From the NCBI GenBank assembly GCA_035577545.1, contig DATLVI010000013.1, forward strand, positions 67,778-131,777: a DNA stretch of 64,000 nt. The letters are read 5' to 3'. Of this stretch, positions 63,788-64,000 are shown in pieces. The position numbers and the translations under genes were made by a program. This DNA comes from Verrucomicrobiia bacterium (GTDB lineage: Bacteria; Verrucomicrobiota; Verrucomicrobiia; Palsa-1439). The notes beneath the pieces were generated by a model. It was not told where the DNA came from. It worked only from the letters and a program-made list of their open reading frames with translations, and made no database searches. How positions within the stretch are numbered: position 1 is the stretch's first letter; the number at the start of each line of letters is the position of its first letter.

Positions 63788-64000
63788 TCATTTCTCTAGT
63801 GTCTTGCCGAGGTTTTCGAAGAGCGTTTTGGGTTCGCCGATCATCTGGCCATGGCCAATGCTACGCTTAAGGCCGCTTATCGTGACGGCACTTTCTCCAT
63901 CCATTTGGAACATCGTCATATCGACCCGGTAATCAACCGCCCAGTGCTCGGCGTGATGACCGCGCGCTGTTTGTCTCCTCCGCCCTCCTCTGGAGCATGA
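63788..64000 (-). CDS. Partial CDS (C-terminal end only; N-terminus beyond window end), hypothetical
   Basis: The minus-strand frame is open from the window edge and ends ..HWAVDYRVDMTMFQMDGESAVTISGLKRSIGHGQMIGEPKTLFENLGKTLEK-stop at ~63788. The + ORF 63657..63932 is its antisense shadow. Confidence 0.35.
   Translation of the reverse strand, partial: SCSRGGRRRQTARGHHAEHWAVDYRVDMTMFQMDGESAVTISGLKRSIGHGQMIGEPKTLFENLGKTLEK

Noticed and set aside
1-64000. CRISPR arrays, integrases, transposases and IS elements
   Set aside because: No regularly spaced direct repeats and no tyrosine/serine recombinase or DDE transposase signatures were seen in any frame. The putative island therefore lacks a recognisable mobility gene.

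Overview
This is a gene-dense, high-GC (>60% by eye) chromosomal window of about 55 protein genes with many antisense shadow ORFs. ECF-sigma/Ser-Thr-kinase pairing, tandem prepilin-type DUF1559-like proteins, an ExeA ATPase and an autotransporter-type beta-helix repeat protein point to a PVC-superphylum (Verrucomicrobia/Planctomycetes-like) genome; this is inference. Left to right the window holds: (1) a starch/alpha-glucan locus with a partial GH13 amylase and a 1247-aa GH57/GH119-like secreted enzyme with CBM-like, two FN3 and a novel C-terminal domain; (2) housekeeping and accessory genes (GT4, a PD-(D/E)XK-like orphan in a lower-GC patch, M29 aminopeptidase, ExeA/ExeB pair, ACT-malic enzyme, B12-radical SAM, SYLF, S1/P1 nuclease); (3) a secreted Cys-rich protein, ECF sigma, Hanks kinase and small membrane protein operon; (4) a translationally coupled operon of two paralogous SPFH/band-7 proteins, each with a triplicated N-terminal SPFH hairpin motif, plus a small membrane winged-helix protein; (5) a cupredoxin with the shared C-terminal domain, and an HslU/ClpX-like AAA+ unfoldase translationally coupled to a ClC channel with CBS domains; (6) BtpA, a heterodimeric ABC exporter pair, a beta-helix repeat protein with the shared C-terminal domain and two tandem pseudopilin-like proteins; (7) tRNA-Ser(GGA), sua5/tsaC, purU and a response regulator; (8) a lower-GC gene for a basic triple zinc-ribbon protein beside a tRNA-Cys-like 3-prime fragment; (9) an ~18 kb segment bracketed by a 28/31-identical direct repeat. 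That segment is the most interesting region. It encodes a bCNG-type MscS channel with a cNMP-binding domain, an HD phosphohydrolase, a GTGA-coupled TPR-CHAT protease, a CHASE2 class III nucleotide cyclase, a DUF928-like secreted protein, a two-partner secretion pair (TpsB and a hemagglutination-domain TpsA) with an upstream secreted protein, an MBL-fold HxHxDH hydrolase, a standalone cNMP-binding protein and an NHL beta-propeller behind a candidate sigma-54 promoter, followed by a GAF sigma-54 activator. No CRISPR array, integrase or transposase was seen. Manual coordinates may be off by 1-2 nt relative to the ORF track.
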